A stretch of 64,000 nucleotides of DNA from a virus. The translations under genes were made by a program, and so were the position numbers. Location: positions 80,688-144,687 of IMG/VR virus record IMGVR_UViG_3300047510_001256. The stretch is one strand, 5' to 3'. The notes under the pieces are model-generated. The model had not been told where the DNA came from. It did no database searches and saw only the letters and a list, made by a program, of their open reading frames with translations. Below, in pieces: positions 45,998 to 55,664 of the stretch. How positions within the stretch are numbered: position 1 is the stretch's first letter; the number at the start of each line of letters is the position of its first letter.

Positions 45998-47726
45998 AGT
46001 CCAGTTCGTGAACTGTCTCCTTGAGCACCGAGAAATTTTTAATCTTCTCAGCAGTAAACGTTCTACCAAACTTGTCCTTCATTTGTTCTTTGTGACTGAT
46101 GACAAATACATTTGTTTTATCATCAAAGTTCCTCAGAATCCAACCCAGTTCACCAGTGCCATTTTGATCAAGTGATCCGTCAAAGATCTCATCAAGAATT
46201 AGGAGATTAGTATCCACGCTATTCTTAAGTTTAGCAATAGCTCTCCAAGTAAGCAGAAGAGAAATATCAATCCTAGCTTTCTCTCCCTCCGAAAAAGATT
46301 CATAGGAGAAGGTATCTCTGTATCTTGATTTGATAGTTTCTTCAAAGTTTTCATCCAGGGTAAAGTTCACATAGAAGTCCATGGATTGTAGATACTGATT
46401 GATCAGTTTGTTCATCGTGGGCAAATACCTTTTGATGATTCTGGTCTTGATACCATTGTCCCTCAGGAGCATGGCAGCAGCAGTCATACAATCTCTTTCT
46501 ATTTTAACCTCGGATAGACTTTTTTTAAGATTCTCGTAATCTTTCTTAAGGGAATCTAATTTCTCGTATGCCTGTCCCTTCTTCTCTTTTTGTGTCTTGA
46601 GGTTCTTAATGTCATCAGAGATTGATGTCATTGCTCTATCAAGATACTCAGATTCCTTCTTAGTCGTAACCATATCAGTATTAATCTGATGTTGAAGAGT
46701 GCTGAGTCTAGAAAGTTCTTTCTCTCTTTCTTCTTCAACTTTAATCTGTTCGGTCAACTCAAGAAGTCCAGTCTCTATCTTAGAGATTGTAGAATTGAGC
46801 TTAGCAATCTCATTTACTTTAATTGCTTGTTCGATACTTTGAGTGCAAGTTGGGCAGTTGTCATTCTGATTAAAGAAAGCAATGTTCTTATTTGCGTGTT
46901 CAATCTTTCCTTCAAACTTACCGCGAAGACCATTCAATTGTTTGATCTTACTCTTATCAAAAACAACCTTACTTATCTCTTCGGCAACAAATCCCATGTC
47001 TTCTGCGAGTGAGAAGTATTGGAGATCAAGAGAATTCTTTTTCTCTAGATGAGATTTGAGTTCCTGCTTTCTTTCGTTGATACGATTGTCAACATCTTCC
47101 TCAACTTTCTTGATAAAAGATTCCTGCATCGCAACTTTTTCCTCAGCAAGATCAGATTGATAATCAATATCTTTCACCTGATCAGTAGCAACTTTCAACT
47201 TCTCTTTCAGTTTGGTATTCATGACAGAGAAGATTTGAATATCAAGAATGTCCTCAATAATCTCACGGCGTTGTGCCACTGGCAGGCGCATGAATGGGAC
47301 AAAGGTAGAAGAACCCAGCACCACAATCTGAGTAAATGACTTGTAGTTCATCTTCAGAATGTTCTGTTCTAGTTGTTTTTGATAATCAATCGTAGTGGAA
47401 GATTGATCCAACATCTGACCATTCTGATAGATCTCAAACAGATTAGGTTTGATACCACGAACAATTCTATATTGATTCTTGCCGATACTGAATTCAATCT
47501 CTGCTTTACAATCAGAACCATTAATGCTGTTCACCAGCATAGGCTTATTGATCTTACGGAATGGTTTCCCAAAGAGAGAAAAAGTCAACGCATCTAAGAT
47601 GGTTGACTTACCAGATCCATTTGTTCCTACAATCAGATTCGTTTTGCTGGAGGTCAAATCTATTTCGGACCATTGTGCTCCAGTGGAAAGAAAGTTCTTC
47701 CAACGAATTTTTTCAAAGCAAATCAT
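45996..47726 (-). CDS. gp46: Recombination endonuclease subunit, Rad50/SbcC-like (gp46)
   Basis: GTNGSGKST, CPTC zinc hook, FSEGEK, LILDEIFD. Confidence 0.96.
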   Translation of the reverse strand: MICFEKIRWKNFLSTGAQWSEIDLTSSKTNLIVGTNGSGKSTILDALTFSLFGKPFRKINKPMLVNSINGSDCKAEIEFSIGKNQYRIVRGIKPNLFEIYQNGQMLDQSSTTIDYQKQLEQNILKMNYKSFTQIVVLGSSTFVPFMRLPVAQRREIIEDILDIQIFSVMNTKLKEKLKVATDQVKDIDYQSDLAEEKVAMQESFIKKVEEDVDNRINERKQELKSHLEKKNSLDLQYFSLAEDMGFVAEEISKVVFDKSKIKQLNGLRGKFEGKIEHANKNIAFFNQNDNCPTCTQSIEQAIKVNEIAKLNSTISKIETGLLELTEQIKVEEEREKELSRLSTLQHQINTDMVTTKKESEYLDRAMTSISDDIKNLKTQKEKKGQAYEKLDSLKKDYENLKKSLSEVKIERDCMTAAAMLLRDNGIKTRIIKRYLPTMNKLINQYLQSMDFYVNFTLDENFEETIKSRYRDTFSYESFSEGEKARIDISLLLTWRAIAKLKNSVDTNLLILDEIFDGSLDQNGTGELGWILRNFDDKTNVFVISHKEQMKDKFGRTFTAEKIKNFSVLKETVHELD

Positions 47727-47727
47727 A

Positions 47728-47997
47728 CTAATCTTCTTCAGGAGTGGGTGGGACTATGAGATCATCTCTAGTGATTATAACATATCTTTGATCGCGTTGC
47801 TCGCAAACCTTTACAAAATGTTCATCTTCTATCTGGAAGATCTGAAGGGGAGGGTAATGCTGTGGTCCTGCTTCTAACATATAGTAGTAGCGTTCAGCAT
47901 CTTCCTCATCTTCAAATACAGGTATAACATATTCTCCCTCCTCATCAACGATGGAGTAGACACCTTCTTCTTTGTCCTCCAGTGTAATGATGAACAT
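47728..47997 (-). CDS. DUF3110-like protein
   Basis: EGVYS...VFEDEEDAERY..MLEA...LIVPP resembles the cyanobacterial DUF3110 pattern. Confidence 0.6.
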   Translation of the reverse strand: MFIITLEDKEEGVYSIVDEEGEYVIPVFEDEEDAERYYYMLEAGPQHYPPLQIFQIEDEHFVKVCEQRDQRYVIITRDDLIVPPTPEED

Positions 47998-49040
47998 TAT
48001 ACTAACTCAAGACTTTCAATATATAGGTTTCGCATGAGATTCTTAAGGTTTGATTTGTCTACGGACATTTCTACTTCATCAATATATTCATTGAGAAGAG
48101 TGACTGTATCTTTGACTTCAAGATCGGGATCATCAACTAGATCATTTTCAACTAATGTTTCGAGAATCTTAACATCGTGAGCACCTGCCTTGTAGAGATC
48201 ATCAACTAATTTTTCAAAAGCATAATAGTCTTGCTTTTGCTCAACGATGATCTTTACAAAACACTTGGAGTAATCAGTTGCTGTGTATTCAAACTCACCC
48301 TTACTATCGTTGTAGTAAATCTTCTTGAAGATCTTGAAAGGATTCTTGTGGAATGTCAGCTTCTGAACATCAGGTTCAAAGGTATGAAATCCTCTAGTAT
48401 CATCACAATCATTCCAGAACATTTGATAGGGATTACCGAGATATGTGATGTTACCTTTGGTGCTCCTGTGGTGAAAGTGACCAGAGAAAACCCTCTCAAA
48501 CTTAGAGAACATTTTTGGATCCATACCATGATCCATTGTCATACCAGGAGTCACTTCAAATCCATTGAGTTCAAGATGACCCATCGCAATTTTAGCAGGA
48601 GTCTGTTCAATAAACTCTTTGGTCTGTTCTAGATTACCAGAGTTAATCCAGGGAATCAGAGCAATCTTACTACCGCCAAGATCAATTGTAGTTGCTTGTC
48701 CGTAGATGTGTATATTATTGTATTCAGAAAGAAGAAGATCTGGTGAGTTAATGTCGTTGGTATTTTTATAGTAAGTATCGTGATTACCAAGAATCATGTG
48801 AACTTCAACATTCATTTTCTGAAGAGTATCAAAATATGAATGGCGAATACGCTGCCATACATTAAAGTCAATACTCTTTCTGTTGTCAAAGGTATCACCA
48901 AGATCAATAACATGTTTGATCTTATTTTTAATCAAGTATGGAAAGAATACTTCCTGATAGAAACTATTAAAGTATTCCCAGAACTGATTAGAACCTTTTC
49001 GTCCGTCTAAATGTTGATCTGTAATGAGAGCAATTTTCAT
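47997..49040 (-). CDS. gp47: Recombination endonuclease subunit, Mre11/SbcD-like (gp47)
   Basis: ITDQH, LGDTFD, GNHD, GHLE, SGHFH. Confidence 0.96.
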   Translation of the reverse strand: MKIALITDQHLDGRKGSNQFWEYFNSFYQEVFFPYLIKNKIKHVIDLGDTFDNRKSIDFNVWQRIRHSYFDTLQKMNVEVHMILGNHDTYYKNTNDINSPDLLLSEYNNIHIYGQATTIDLGGSKIALIPWINSGNLEQTKEFIEQTPAKIAMGHLELNGFEVTPGMTMDHGMDPKMFSKFERVFSGHFHHRSTKGNITYLGNPYQMFWNDCDDTRGFHTFEPDVQKLTFHKNPFKIFKKIYYNDSKGEFEYTATDYSKCFVKIIVEQKQDYYAFEKLVDDLYKAGAHDVKILETLVENDLVDDPDLEVKDTVTLLNEYIDEVEMSVDKSNLKNLMRNLYIESLELV

Positions 49041-49534
49041 CGGTTTTCCATTCTAACTTCAATGTTTTCTTTAATAGATGTCATGTCAGAATAACTTTGA
49101 TTCATACCTGCCATGTCACCATCAAACTTATCAGTATACATCAGGTGATCAAAACCTGTCTTCTCAACAATCTTTGCCTTAATATCTAATTGCTTTTTCT
49201 CTTTTTGAATACGCCGCAGAAAAGCATACCAGATAATTTGTGTGAAGTAGGCAAATGGATTCTTTGATTTTTCTGGATTAAAGTTATCAATATACTGGAC
49301 ACAATTTTCTATACCATCAGAAATCATTTCTTCCCTGAACATGTAGTTCACGAAGTTTGGTTTATAGGAAAGGTGTGTAGCAATCTTGAGAAAGCATTCT
49401 CCAATGTAATTAGGAATACGCGGTTTTGGTTTACCAGTTTCAATTGCCTGATTAACTTTTGTTTTGTAAAGAATTAATGCTTCTAAAAATTCTTTATTAT
49501 TAACGTAGTATTCTTTGCTTTTTGTTTTGGACAT
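49037..49534 (-). CDS. gp55: Late transcription sigma factor (gp55)
   Basis: YYVNNKEF, YIGECFLKIA, EMISDGIENC, NPFAYFTQI; start moved to ATG 49534. Confidence 0.95.
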   Translation of the reverse strand: MSKTKSKEYYVNNKEFLEALILYKTKVNQAIETGKPKPRIPNYIGECFLKIATHLSYKPNFVNYMFREEMISDGIENCVQYIDNFNPEKSKNPFAYFTQIIWYAFLRRIQKEKKQLDIKAKIVEKTGFDHLMYTDKFDGDMAGMNQSYSDMTSIKENIEVRMENR

Positions 49535-49565
49535 ATTCCATTGGATGTTTTCTGGGCGTGTCTGA

Positions 49566-49594
49566 ATCATAACAGATGCTGGGGATCCTGTCAA
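49566..49594 (-). promoter_or_regulatory. sigma70 promoter for gp55
   Basis: TTGACA-N17-TATGAT. Confidence 0.75.
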
Positions 49595-49600
49595 GGGGGC

Positions 49601-49629
49601 TTGACAAACCTCAGAAACTAACCTAGAAT
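49601..49629 (+). promoter_or_regulatory. Divergent sigma70 promoter firing antisense into the upstream operon
   Basis: TTGACA-N17-TAGAAT. Confidence 0.6.
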
Positions 49630-49669
49630 AAGCTTGTCGGGAAAAGATAAGAGTATAGCTTATAGCTTG

Positions 49670-50116
49670 TTATGACTTCTTAAAGATCTCCTCTAGTTTC
49701 TTTTTAGTATCTTCTACTGAACCTAGATAACCTTTTTCCGATAGATCATTAATATTTTGTCTTGCTTTGGAGTCTGTATAAGATCCCATGTCAAGTTTAT
49801 CTTGTTTATGTTCTTTAGGATGTTTTGATTTTTGTTCAACAACATCTAGATAGAATTCTTTAATATTATCATCAAGTTCCGATAAAGTAATTATCTGATT
49901 CATTCTGATAATAAACATGGTCTCATATGTGGCATGGATCCATTCACGGAGAACGAATCCTTCCACACTTTGCTTGCCTTTCTTTTGATTCATTGTTTCC
50001 ACAATCATAGGATTCTCAACTAGGATTGAATCCTCATCAGGTAGGTAACAAATTTTTGCTACCAATTCTTCACCTGAACTTAACTTGATTGTGGAATAAA
50101 ATTCTTCTTCCATCAT
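49670..50116 (-). CDS. Conserved hypothetical protein (Sm-like)
   Basis: FYSTIKLSSGEELVA...GYLGSVED.KK.LE.IFK. Confidence 0.7.
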   Translation of the reverse strand: MMEEEFYSTIKLSSGEELVAKICYLPDEDSILVENPMIVETMNQKKGKQSVEGFVLREWIHATYETMFIIRMNQIITLSELDDNIKEFYLDVVEQKSKHPKEHKQDKLDMGSYTDSKARQNINDLSEKGYLGSVEDTKKKLEEIFKKS

Positions 50117-51579
50117 GTTAGGTTGACTTTGATAATTTCATAGTTAAAATTCTCCTCTTGATAGATCTTTAATCTTTCACGAAGATGACGAAGTGTATAA
50201 TTCTCTCTCCCTGACTCTGAAGAAATATTATCAGCAATGTCGTATAGTGTTGCTATTTCTTTGCCCTCTCCCTTTCTAAGAACTCTTCCAATACTTTGGA
50301 GATTCCTGACACGGGATTTAGAGGGGCTAGCAAAAATAATATTGTGAAGACGTTTAATGTTGATACCAGTGCTAAAAGTTCCGTAGGACGCAATAATAAT
50401 GGCATCATTTTCTTGTTCAGTAATTTGACGAACTAATTCACGATCTTCTGTATCTGTGGAACCATGGACAAAGAACACTTTGCGATCATGATCTACATTG
50501 CTATTTATGAGTTCATACAAAGGTTCCCCATGCTTCTCCACATAGTTGAAAAGCACTAGTGTGTTACCTTCTATATCCTTGACTAGGTTCTTGATCAGAT
50601 TGTTTCTCTTCTTGTTAGTAACAATAAATTCCATCTCTTCGTGGTAGTCTTCAAAGTATTGATACTCATGTTTACAGAGTAATACTTTAATTCTAAGATT
50701 GGATAGGTATCCTTTTTTGATCAGATCATCAGTTTTAGTTACCTTTTCACATGATCCGAACAATCCTTCCAGCACCCACTTGTGTGTCTTGCTACCATCA
50801 AGTGTTCCTGTGAATCCAAAACGATACTTCGCATTATGTAACTTAGTCATCAGACCAGTCAGTGATTTTGCTTTGAATAGATGTGCCTCGTCTCCAATGA
50901 CACAATCAATGTCATCAAAATATAGTTTGGGGAACTTGTAAATGGATTGCCAAGTAGAGATAATGATTTGTTTGTCAGTGTTCTTATCTTTACCTGAATA
51001 AATTTTATGCATGTAATGATCTGCCTTCCAACCATACTCATTGAAGTCCTTCACCATCTGTTCTACAAGTGAAGTGGTTGGAACAATAATTAAAATTTTA
51101 TTATTTCTTGCGTGATAGTATCTAACAAGAGAATAAATCATTAAAGATTTACCAGATCCTGTAGGTGACAGAAACAATCCTCTGTTGTTTTTGATTGCTC
51201 TGTATACAGTTTCGTATTGATAATCTCTTGGTTTGACTGAGGAGATTTTATCCATGAAACCCTTCACTGCTGGAGGGGTCACAAAATCATTATCCTCTAT
51301 GACATCACCATAATATTTGTTTGGTAGATACTCAATCTTGTATGCTTTCTGCTGAGCCCATTCTTGTAACTGATTGAGTAGACCACAATAGATCTCCCCC
51401 GTTCCTGGGGAGTATAAACGAATCGTTCCATCCCAGTATTTGTATCTGGGATTTCTTTTTAGGAATTTTGCTTCAGGAACTTCAAACGTAAAGTAGTCTG
51501 AGAGTTCCTGATGGACATGAAGATCACCTTTGATTTGAAAGTAAACTTCGTTCTTCTTCTGAATGGTGATTAGTGTCAT
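50113..51579 (-). CDS. uvsW: SF2 helicase UvsW
   Basis: PRDYQ, SPTGSGKS, GDEAH, GFTGT, QSIGRVLR. Confidence 0.96.
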   Translation of the reverse strand: MTLITIQKKNEVYFQIKGDLHVHQELSDYFTFEVPEAKFLKRNPRYKYWDGTIRLYSPGTGEIYCGLLNQLQEWAQQKAYKIEYLPNKYYGDVIEDNDFVTPPAVKGFMDKISSVKPRDYQYETVYRAIKNNRGLFLSPTGSGKSLMIYSLVRYYHARNNKILIIVPTTSLVEQMVKDFNEYGWKADHYMHKIYSGKDKNTDKQIIISTWQSIYKFPKLYFDDIDCVIGDEAHLFKAKSLTGLMTKLHNAKYRFGFTGTLDGSKTHKWVLEGLFGSCEKVTKTDDLIKKGYLSNLRIKVLLCKHEYQYFEDYHEEMEFIVTNKKRNNLIKNLVKDIEGNTLVLFNYVEKHGEPLYELINSNVDHDRKVFFVHGSTDTEDRELVRQITEQENDAIIIASYGTFSTGINIKRLHNIIFASPSKSRVRNLQSIGRVLRKGEGKEIATLYDIADNISSESGRENYTLRHLRERLKIYQEENFNYEIIKVNLT

Positions 51580-52052
51580 TACAATCCATTAGTAAATTTC
51601 TCCCATTCAATAGCGTTCTTAATAAGATAATTTCTCTGGTTAATCATCTTCATGACGTTATCCAGATAATTGAGCATGACTTCAATAAGTTTTACCTTAC
51701 CTTCTAGGTTAAGAATATCTTCGTCTGAATCCAAATAAACACGCATTTTTTCTGAAGTCTTAATGCTGGAACCAAATGGTTTCTCGGCATATACTTTTGC
51801 GTCTGCTTCACCTCCGTAGTATTCTCTTTTGTCTTTAATTAATTTTCGGATTTCAAACTCTAGCGATACCTTCAACAACGAAAGATCGCTATGATGGTTT
51901 AAGTATTTATTGTGCTGGTAAGGAGTCTCTAAAGATAACTTGCTGAGATTCTCTGTGTATTCTTTGTTCTTAACATCAAAGTCAATTTGACTATCTTGAT
52001 TCCATTCCTCTTTAATTTTATCAAATAATTTAATCAGTTTATCCAGGTTCAT
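51579..52052 (-). CDS. uvsY: Recombination mediator UvsY
   Basis: W..DS.ID...HNKYL...K.EYY.G.A...KPF...IKNAIEW.KF; start moved to ATG 52052. Confidence 0.9.
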   Translation of the reverse strand: MNLDKLIKLFDKIKEEWNQDSQIDFDVKNKEYTENLSKLSLETPYQHNKYLNHHSDLSLLKVSLEFEIRKLIKDKREYYGGEADAKVYAEKPFGSSIKTSEKMRVYLDSDEDILNLEGKVKLIEVMLNYLDNVMKMINQRNYLIKNAIEWEKFTNGL

Positions 52053-52551
52053 AGACTTTAAATCGCTTATCACGGAAACTCATGGTAGCATACTTGAACG
52101 ATGCCTGTGCTGTAATCACTTCGTTCTCTCCCACTGTAGCATCAAAGTTAATTTGAGACAAGCTGTATGGGAACAGATATTGGAAGTCTGCTATTAAATT
52201 TGGATTTAAATTTGACGTATGAATAATTAATCTTGCTGAAGATAATTTCAATGGTGCCGTATCTTCAGACTGACCATTGACACGAATCCAATTAAAAATC
52301 TCAGCATAATTTTCCATGTCTTCATCAATAATAAAATTGACTTGAAGATCTCCATACGATACTCCACCACCACCAATGATAGGGAATGATCTCCACATGG
52401 TAGGAACCTCAGTTACAGGAACTGAGATATCAGGAAAGTTAACAGATTGACAAAAGAAATCAACACCAGGAAATATCTCTAGTTCTAATTGAAATCCTAT
52501 TGGCGTTAAAAAATTTCTATTTTTAGGTTGTGTTTCCGCCCAATTACTCAT
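52039..52551 (-). CDS. gp3: Tail completion / sheath terminator (gp3)
   Basis: NRNFLTPIGF, VDFFCQSVNFP, F.IDEDMENY.EI.NW, FP.SLS. Confidence 0.9.
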   Translation of the reverse strand: MSNWAETQPKNRNFLTPIGFQLELEIFPGVDFFCQSVNFPDISVPVTEVPTMWRSFPIIGGGGVSYGDLQVNFIIDEDMENYAEIFNWIRVNGQSEDTAPLKLSSARLIIHTSNLNPNLIADFQYLFPYSLSQINFDATVGENEVITAQASFKYATMSFRDKRFKVYEPG

Positions 52552-52696
52552 TTTCTATTCCATATAAACAATTGTAGTCATCCCAATAATAGTCATCTGT
52601 CTCATATATTGGACAAGGTTCTTCAAATAAAATGCCTACTCTGTATTTATTTACCCTGTCTAAGAGGCACAAAAAATCCTTATCTTCCATATTCAT
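52544..52696 (-). CDS. Small hypothetical protein (50 aa)
   Basis: MNMEDKDFLCLLDRVNKYRVGILFEEPCPIYE...; overlaps its neighbours. Confidence 0.4.
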   Translation of the reverse strand: MNMEDKDFLCLLDRVNKYRVGILFEEPCPIYETDDYYWDDYNCLYGIENE

Positions 52697-52844
52697 CAAT
52701 AGCATCCAATGCTTTATTCAAATACTTATGTGCTAATTCTTTGGGACTTATATTCCAATTGTAAATATTTTCATTGTATAATTCATTTTTTAATTTTAAA
52801 AGAATATGTTTAAATTCTTGTTTATTCAGTTCCCCTCTAGGCAT
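52680..52844 (-). CDS. Small cyanophage-type hypothetical protein (54 aa)
   Basis: MPRGELNKQEF...KLKNELY...KELAHKYLNKALDAIDEY; below the track cutoff. Confidence 0.6.
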   Translation of the reverse strand: MPRGELNKQEFKHILLKLKNELYNENIYNWNISPKELAHKYLNKALDAIDEYGR

Positions 52845-52871
52845 TGCTCTTAAGCAGACATACCTATGTAT

Positions 52872-52899
52872 AAAAAAAAGACCCCCTCAGAGGGGGTCT
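52872..52899 (-). terminator. Rho-independent terminator after gp23
   Basis: AGACCCCCT-CTG-AGGGGGTCT followed by a T run. Confidence 0.85.
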
Positions 52900-52919
52900 G
52901 TGTTGTTATGTGAATAGAC

Positions 52920-54407
52920 TCACATAAGGTTCTTGATTTGTACTCTTCTGTAGTACTGGTTGCGGTTAGCGGTCAGATCGCCTTGATCTGGATTGCCATT
53001 TGTCTTGGTTACAAATGGATTAGCAACCATGCCATAACGAGTCTTGAATGCAATCTTAGGCTGGAAGGTGTTAGGATCAATAGATCTTAACTGCTGGAGT
53101 GGAACATATGGGCAATAGAACAGACCAGCATCATAAGGTGAGGATCCCTTATAACCCATTACATAGTAATGAGTGTTGGAAATGTTAGCCGAATATGGGT
53201 CGATGTAGACTTTGATGCGACCATTCATGGTTCCTACCATGAGGTTGCCGGTGTCGTCTACTTCACCGATACCAGGACCACCAGCACCACTTAGACCTGA
53301 GGTGTAATCCAGAACACCAGCCATTGCCATTGCGGAAGCAACGTCAGCAGAAGTGATGAGGAAGTTACCTTTGCCTCTGCGAGTCTCTTGAGCAATAGCG
53401 TTAGCATCACGCTCCATTTGGAACATGAGACCCTTCCACTTCTCAACTGACCAACGACCATTGGAGTCAACGTCGAGGTCAAACTGACCAGCAACGGCAA
53501 CGTTGTTCTGAGCACCAGGCTTAGCAATGGTGTATACTGTACGAACTACTTCTCTGTTGATCTCAGCAAGAATCTCGCTTGAGAGCAGGTTAGCAAGTTC
53601 ACCCTCAGCATCAAGACCATGAATTGCTCTGAGGTCTTGTGCCAGTTCTAGAGTATACTCAGCCTTGAGTGCTCTTGTTCTTGCGAACACAGAAGTCTTC
53701 TCAATACTGAAGCTCATTTCGTTGAAGAGAGTTGTGCCTGAACCTAGGGTTTCAGCGTCATCTCTTTCAATTCCACGAACGCCTGTTGCGCCACCTTCGT
53801 ATGTGCCAGGAGTTGGACTATCGTTAAGGATAGCTGGGTTAGCAGCAAGATTTCCTGGAGTCTGTGATTGAACTGTACCGAGTGGAGTGATGTTATCACC
53901 AGTGCCTGCGGTATAATCAATGTTGTAATTAGGAATACCAGAAGTTGCTCCAGTTGGCGAAGTTGCAGAGAAGTTTGCATCAGGCTCGTTGAAGAGTGCT
54001 TCTGGACCTTGACGAAGGCCAGAACCTTGCTCCTGATAGTGCGACTTCATTGCGAAGATTAGACCAGTAGGACCGCTCATTGGTTGAACGCCACAGATAT
54101 CATATGCCATTAGATTAGGCATTGCTCTGCGAACGAGACCGATGAGGATTGGGTCGAAACCAGCAAGACCACCAGTTTCTGGTGTTCCAGATAGACCGCC
54201 ACCCGATAGGGCACCGCCTGAACCAGTTAACCCACCAACTGTGTTTGGTGCTTCTGAAAGCATACCGCGCTCCTCGCGGATCATTCTTTCTGTGTTTTCT
54301 AGTAGTTGAGCGGTAACTGAAAGCTTATGCTTATCCGCAATTTTACCTGCGGCATCGCTATTAAGAACAGGGGACCACTTTTCTACTAGAGCTCTTGGAC
54401 TTGACAT
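52920..54407 (-). CDS. gp23: Major capsid protein (gp23)
   Basis: GFDPILIGLVRRAMP, GVQPMSGPTGLIFAM, RALKAEYTLELAQDL, FYCPYVPL, KTRYG. Confidence 0.98.
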   Translation of the reverse strand: MSSPRALVEKWSPVLNSDAAGKIADKHKLSVTAQLLENTERMIREERGMLSEAPNTVGGLTGSGGALSGGGLSGTPETGGLAGFDPILIGLVRRAMPNLMAYDICGVQPMSGPTGLIFAMKSHYQEQGSGLRQGPEALFNEPDANFSATSPTGATSGIPNYNIDYTAGTGDNITPLGTVQSQTPGNLAANPAILNDSPTPGTYEGGATGVRGIERDDAETLGSGTTLFNEMSFSIEKTSVFARTRALKAEYTLELAQDLRAIHGLDAEGELANLLSSEILAEINREVVRTVYTIAKPGAQNNVAVAGQFDLDVDSNGRWSVEKWKGLMFQMERDANAIAQETRRGKGNFLITSADVASAMAMAGVLDYTSGLSGAGGPGIGEVDDTGNLMVGTMNGRIKVYIDPYSANISNTHYYVMGYKGSSPYDAGLFYCPYVPLQQLRSIDPNTFQPKIAFKTRYGMVANPFVTKTNGNPDQGDLTANRNQYYRRVQIKNLM

Positions 54408-54447
54408 TTTTTTGCTCCGTTTGTTTTTAGAAAAGTTTGAACGTTAA

Positions 54448-55614
54448 TTATGAATTCCAGGTATGAAGTGCTCTGGTATATGCCGCCATTGATGGTGACA
54501 TATCCTCAGAGATTTCAACTGGATTTTCATCAACTGTGCTCCTTACAGAATCAGACTTAAAGTATGATTCTTTGATGGTTGTTAGTTTCTTCAGATAATC
54601 CTCTTCGGATTTAAACTCAACACCTTCAGATAGAGCAGCAAGTTTTTCTTTCTGAGTATCAGCTAGACCTTCTGAAACAGTGTTCAGAATTACAACGCCT
54701 TTAACTTCAGAGAGTTGCTTACTAATTTCAATATTGCTCTTAACCTGTTCGTTAAGGCGATTTTCCATTTCACGAATAGTTTCAGCCATCTCCTCAACGA
54801 CATCAACTTTGTCGTCTGGGATGTTGACGTGGTGCGAACTAAGAACATTCAGGAATCCTGAAATGAGTTCTTCGTTGAGTTCGTTTTTAATGCCACGATC
54901 AATGGCCACTTGGTTTTCTTCTAACCAGCGGTTGATTGCGTAGTTCACTGTGCCATCTACTTCCTCGCTAATTTCTGCTTTAGCAGATTCTACTTGTGCT
55001 GAAAGTTGAGCGGCAAAGTGCTCTACAAGTCTGTCGTACTCTTCTGAGATCTTTGCTTTCACTGCTGCTTCAAAGATTGTTGCTACTTTTTCTTTGAATT
55101 CTTCGGAAAGATCTAGACCTTCTGTGAGTGCTTTTACGTCGTCAGATACGTCAAATGATTCAAACGATGGTTTGATGGGATATGTAACTGCTGCTCCAGT
55201 TGACGTTCCATAAGCAACCTGAACACCAACAGTAGGTGCTGGATCAGGATGATGATTTGGATGACGTTGTTGTGGATCACCAGAAACTGGTGAAATGGGA
55301 GCAGCTGCCTTAGCACCAGGATTCTCTTCGCCATCTTCATTATTGGAATGAAGAGGAGCAGAAGTGCTGCCTCCCAAATCTGTTGGAGACTTTGCTCCAT
55401 ATGCCTTATCAGCAGATACTGTTGGAGCAGGTTCTTTTGCTGGTGTATTGCGCTGCTGGGGATCACCCGAAACAGCTGTGGGGTCTGAACCAGAACCAGG
55501 AATTACATCCGCTTTGACTGTAGGAGCAGGCTCCGCAGTCATAGTTGGCATACTTTCCATCAAATTGTTCTGAGCAACAAACTCACCAAACTTTTCGTTT
55601 AACATATCTGACAT
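54448..55614 (-). CDS. gp22: Prohead core scaffold protein (gp22)
   Basis: LSEEFKEK..TIFEAAV, EGLADTQKEKL..L.E, IKESYF, MAAY. Confidence 0.93.
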   Translation of the reverse strand: MSDMLNEKFGEFVAQNNLMESMPTMTAEPAPTVKADVIPGSGSDPTAVSGDPQQRNTPAKEPAPTVSADKAYGAKSPTDLGGSTSAPLHSNNEDGEENPGAKAAAPISPVSGDPQQRHPNHHPDPAPTVGVQVAYGTSTGAAVTYPIKPSFESFDVSDDVKALTEGLDLSEEFKEKVATIFEAAVKAKISEEYDRLVEHFAAQLSAQVESAKAEISEEVDGTVNYAINRWLEENQVAIDRGIKNELNEELISGFLNVLSSHHVNIPDDKVDVVEEMAETIREMENRLNEQVKSNIEISKQLSEVKGVVILNTVSEGLADTQKEKLAALSEGVEFKSEEDYLKKLTTIKESYFKSDSVRSTVDENPVEISEDMSPSMAAYTRALHTWNS

Positions 55615-55664
55615 CTGAGTTTTCCTCTTAACTTTGATATTTAGTGCTAATGTTATTTATTAAA

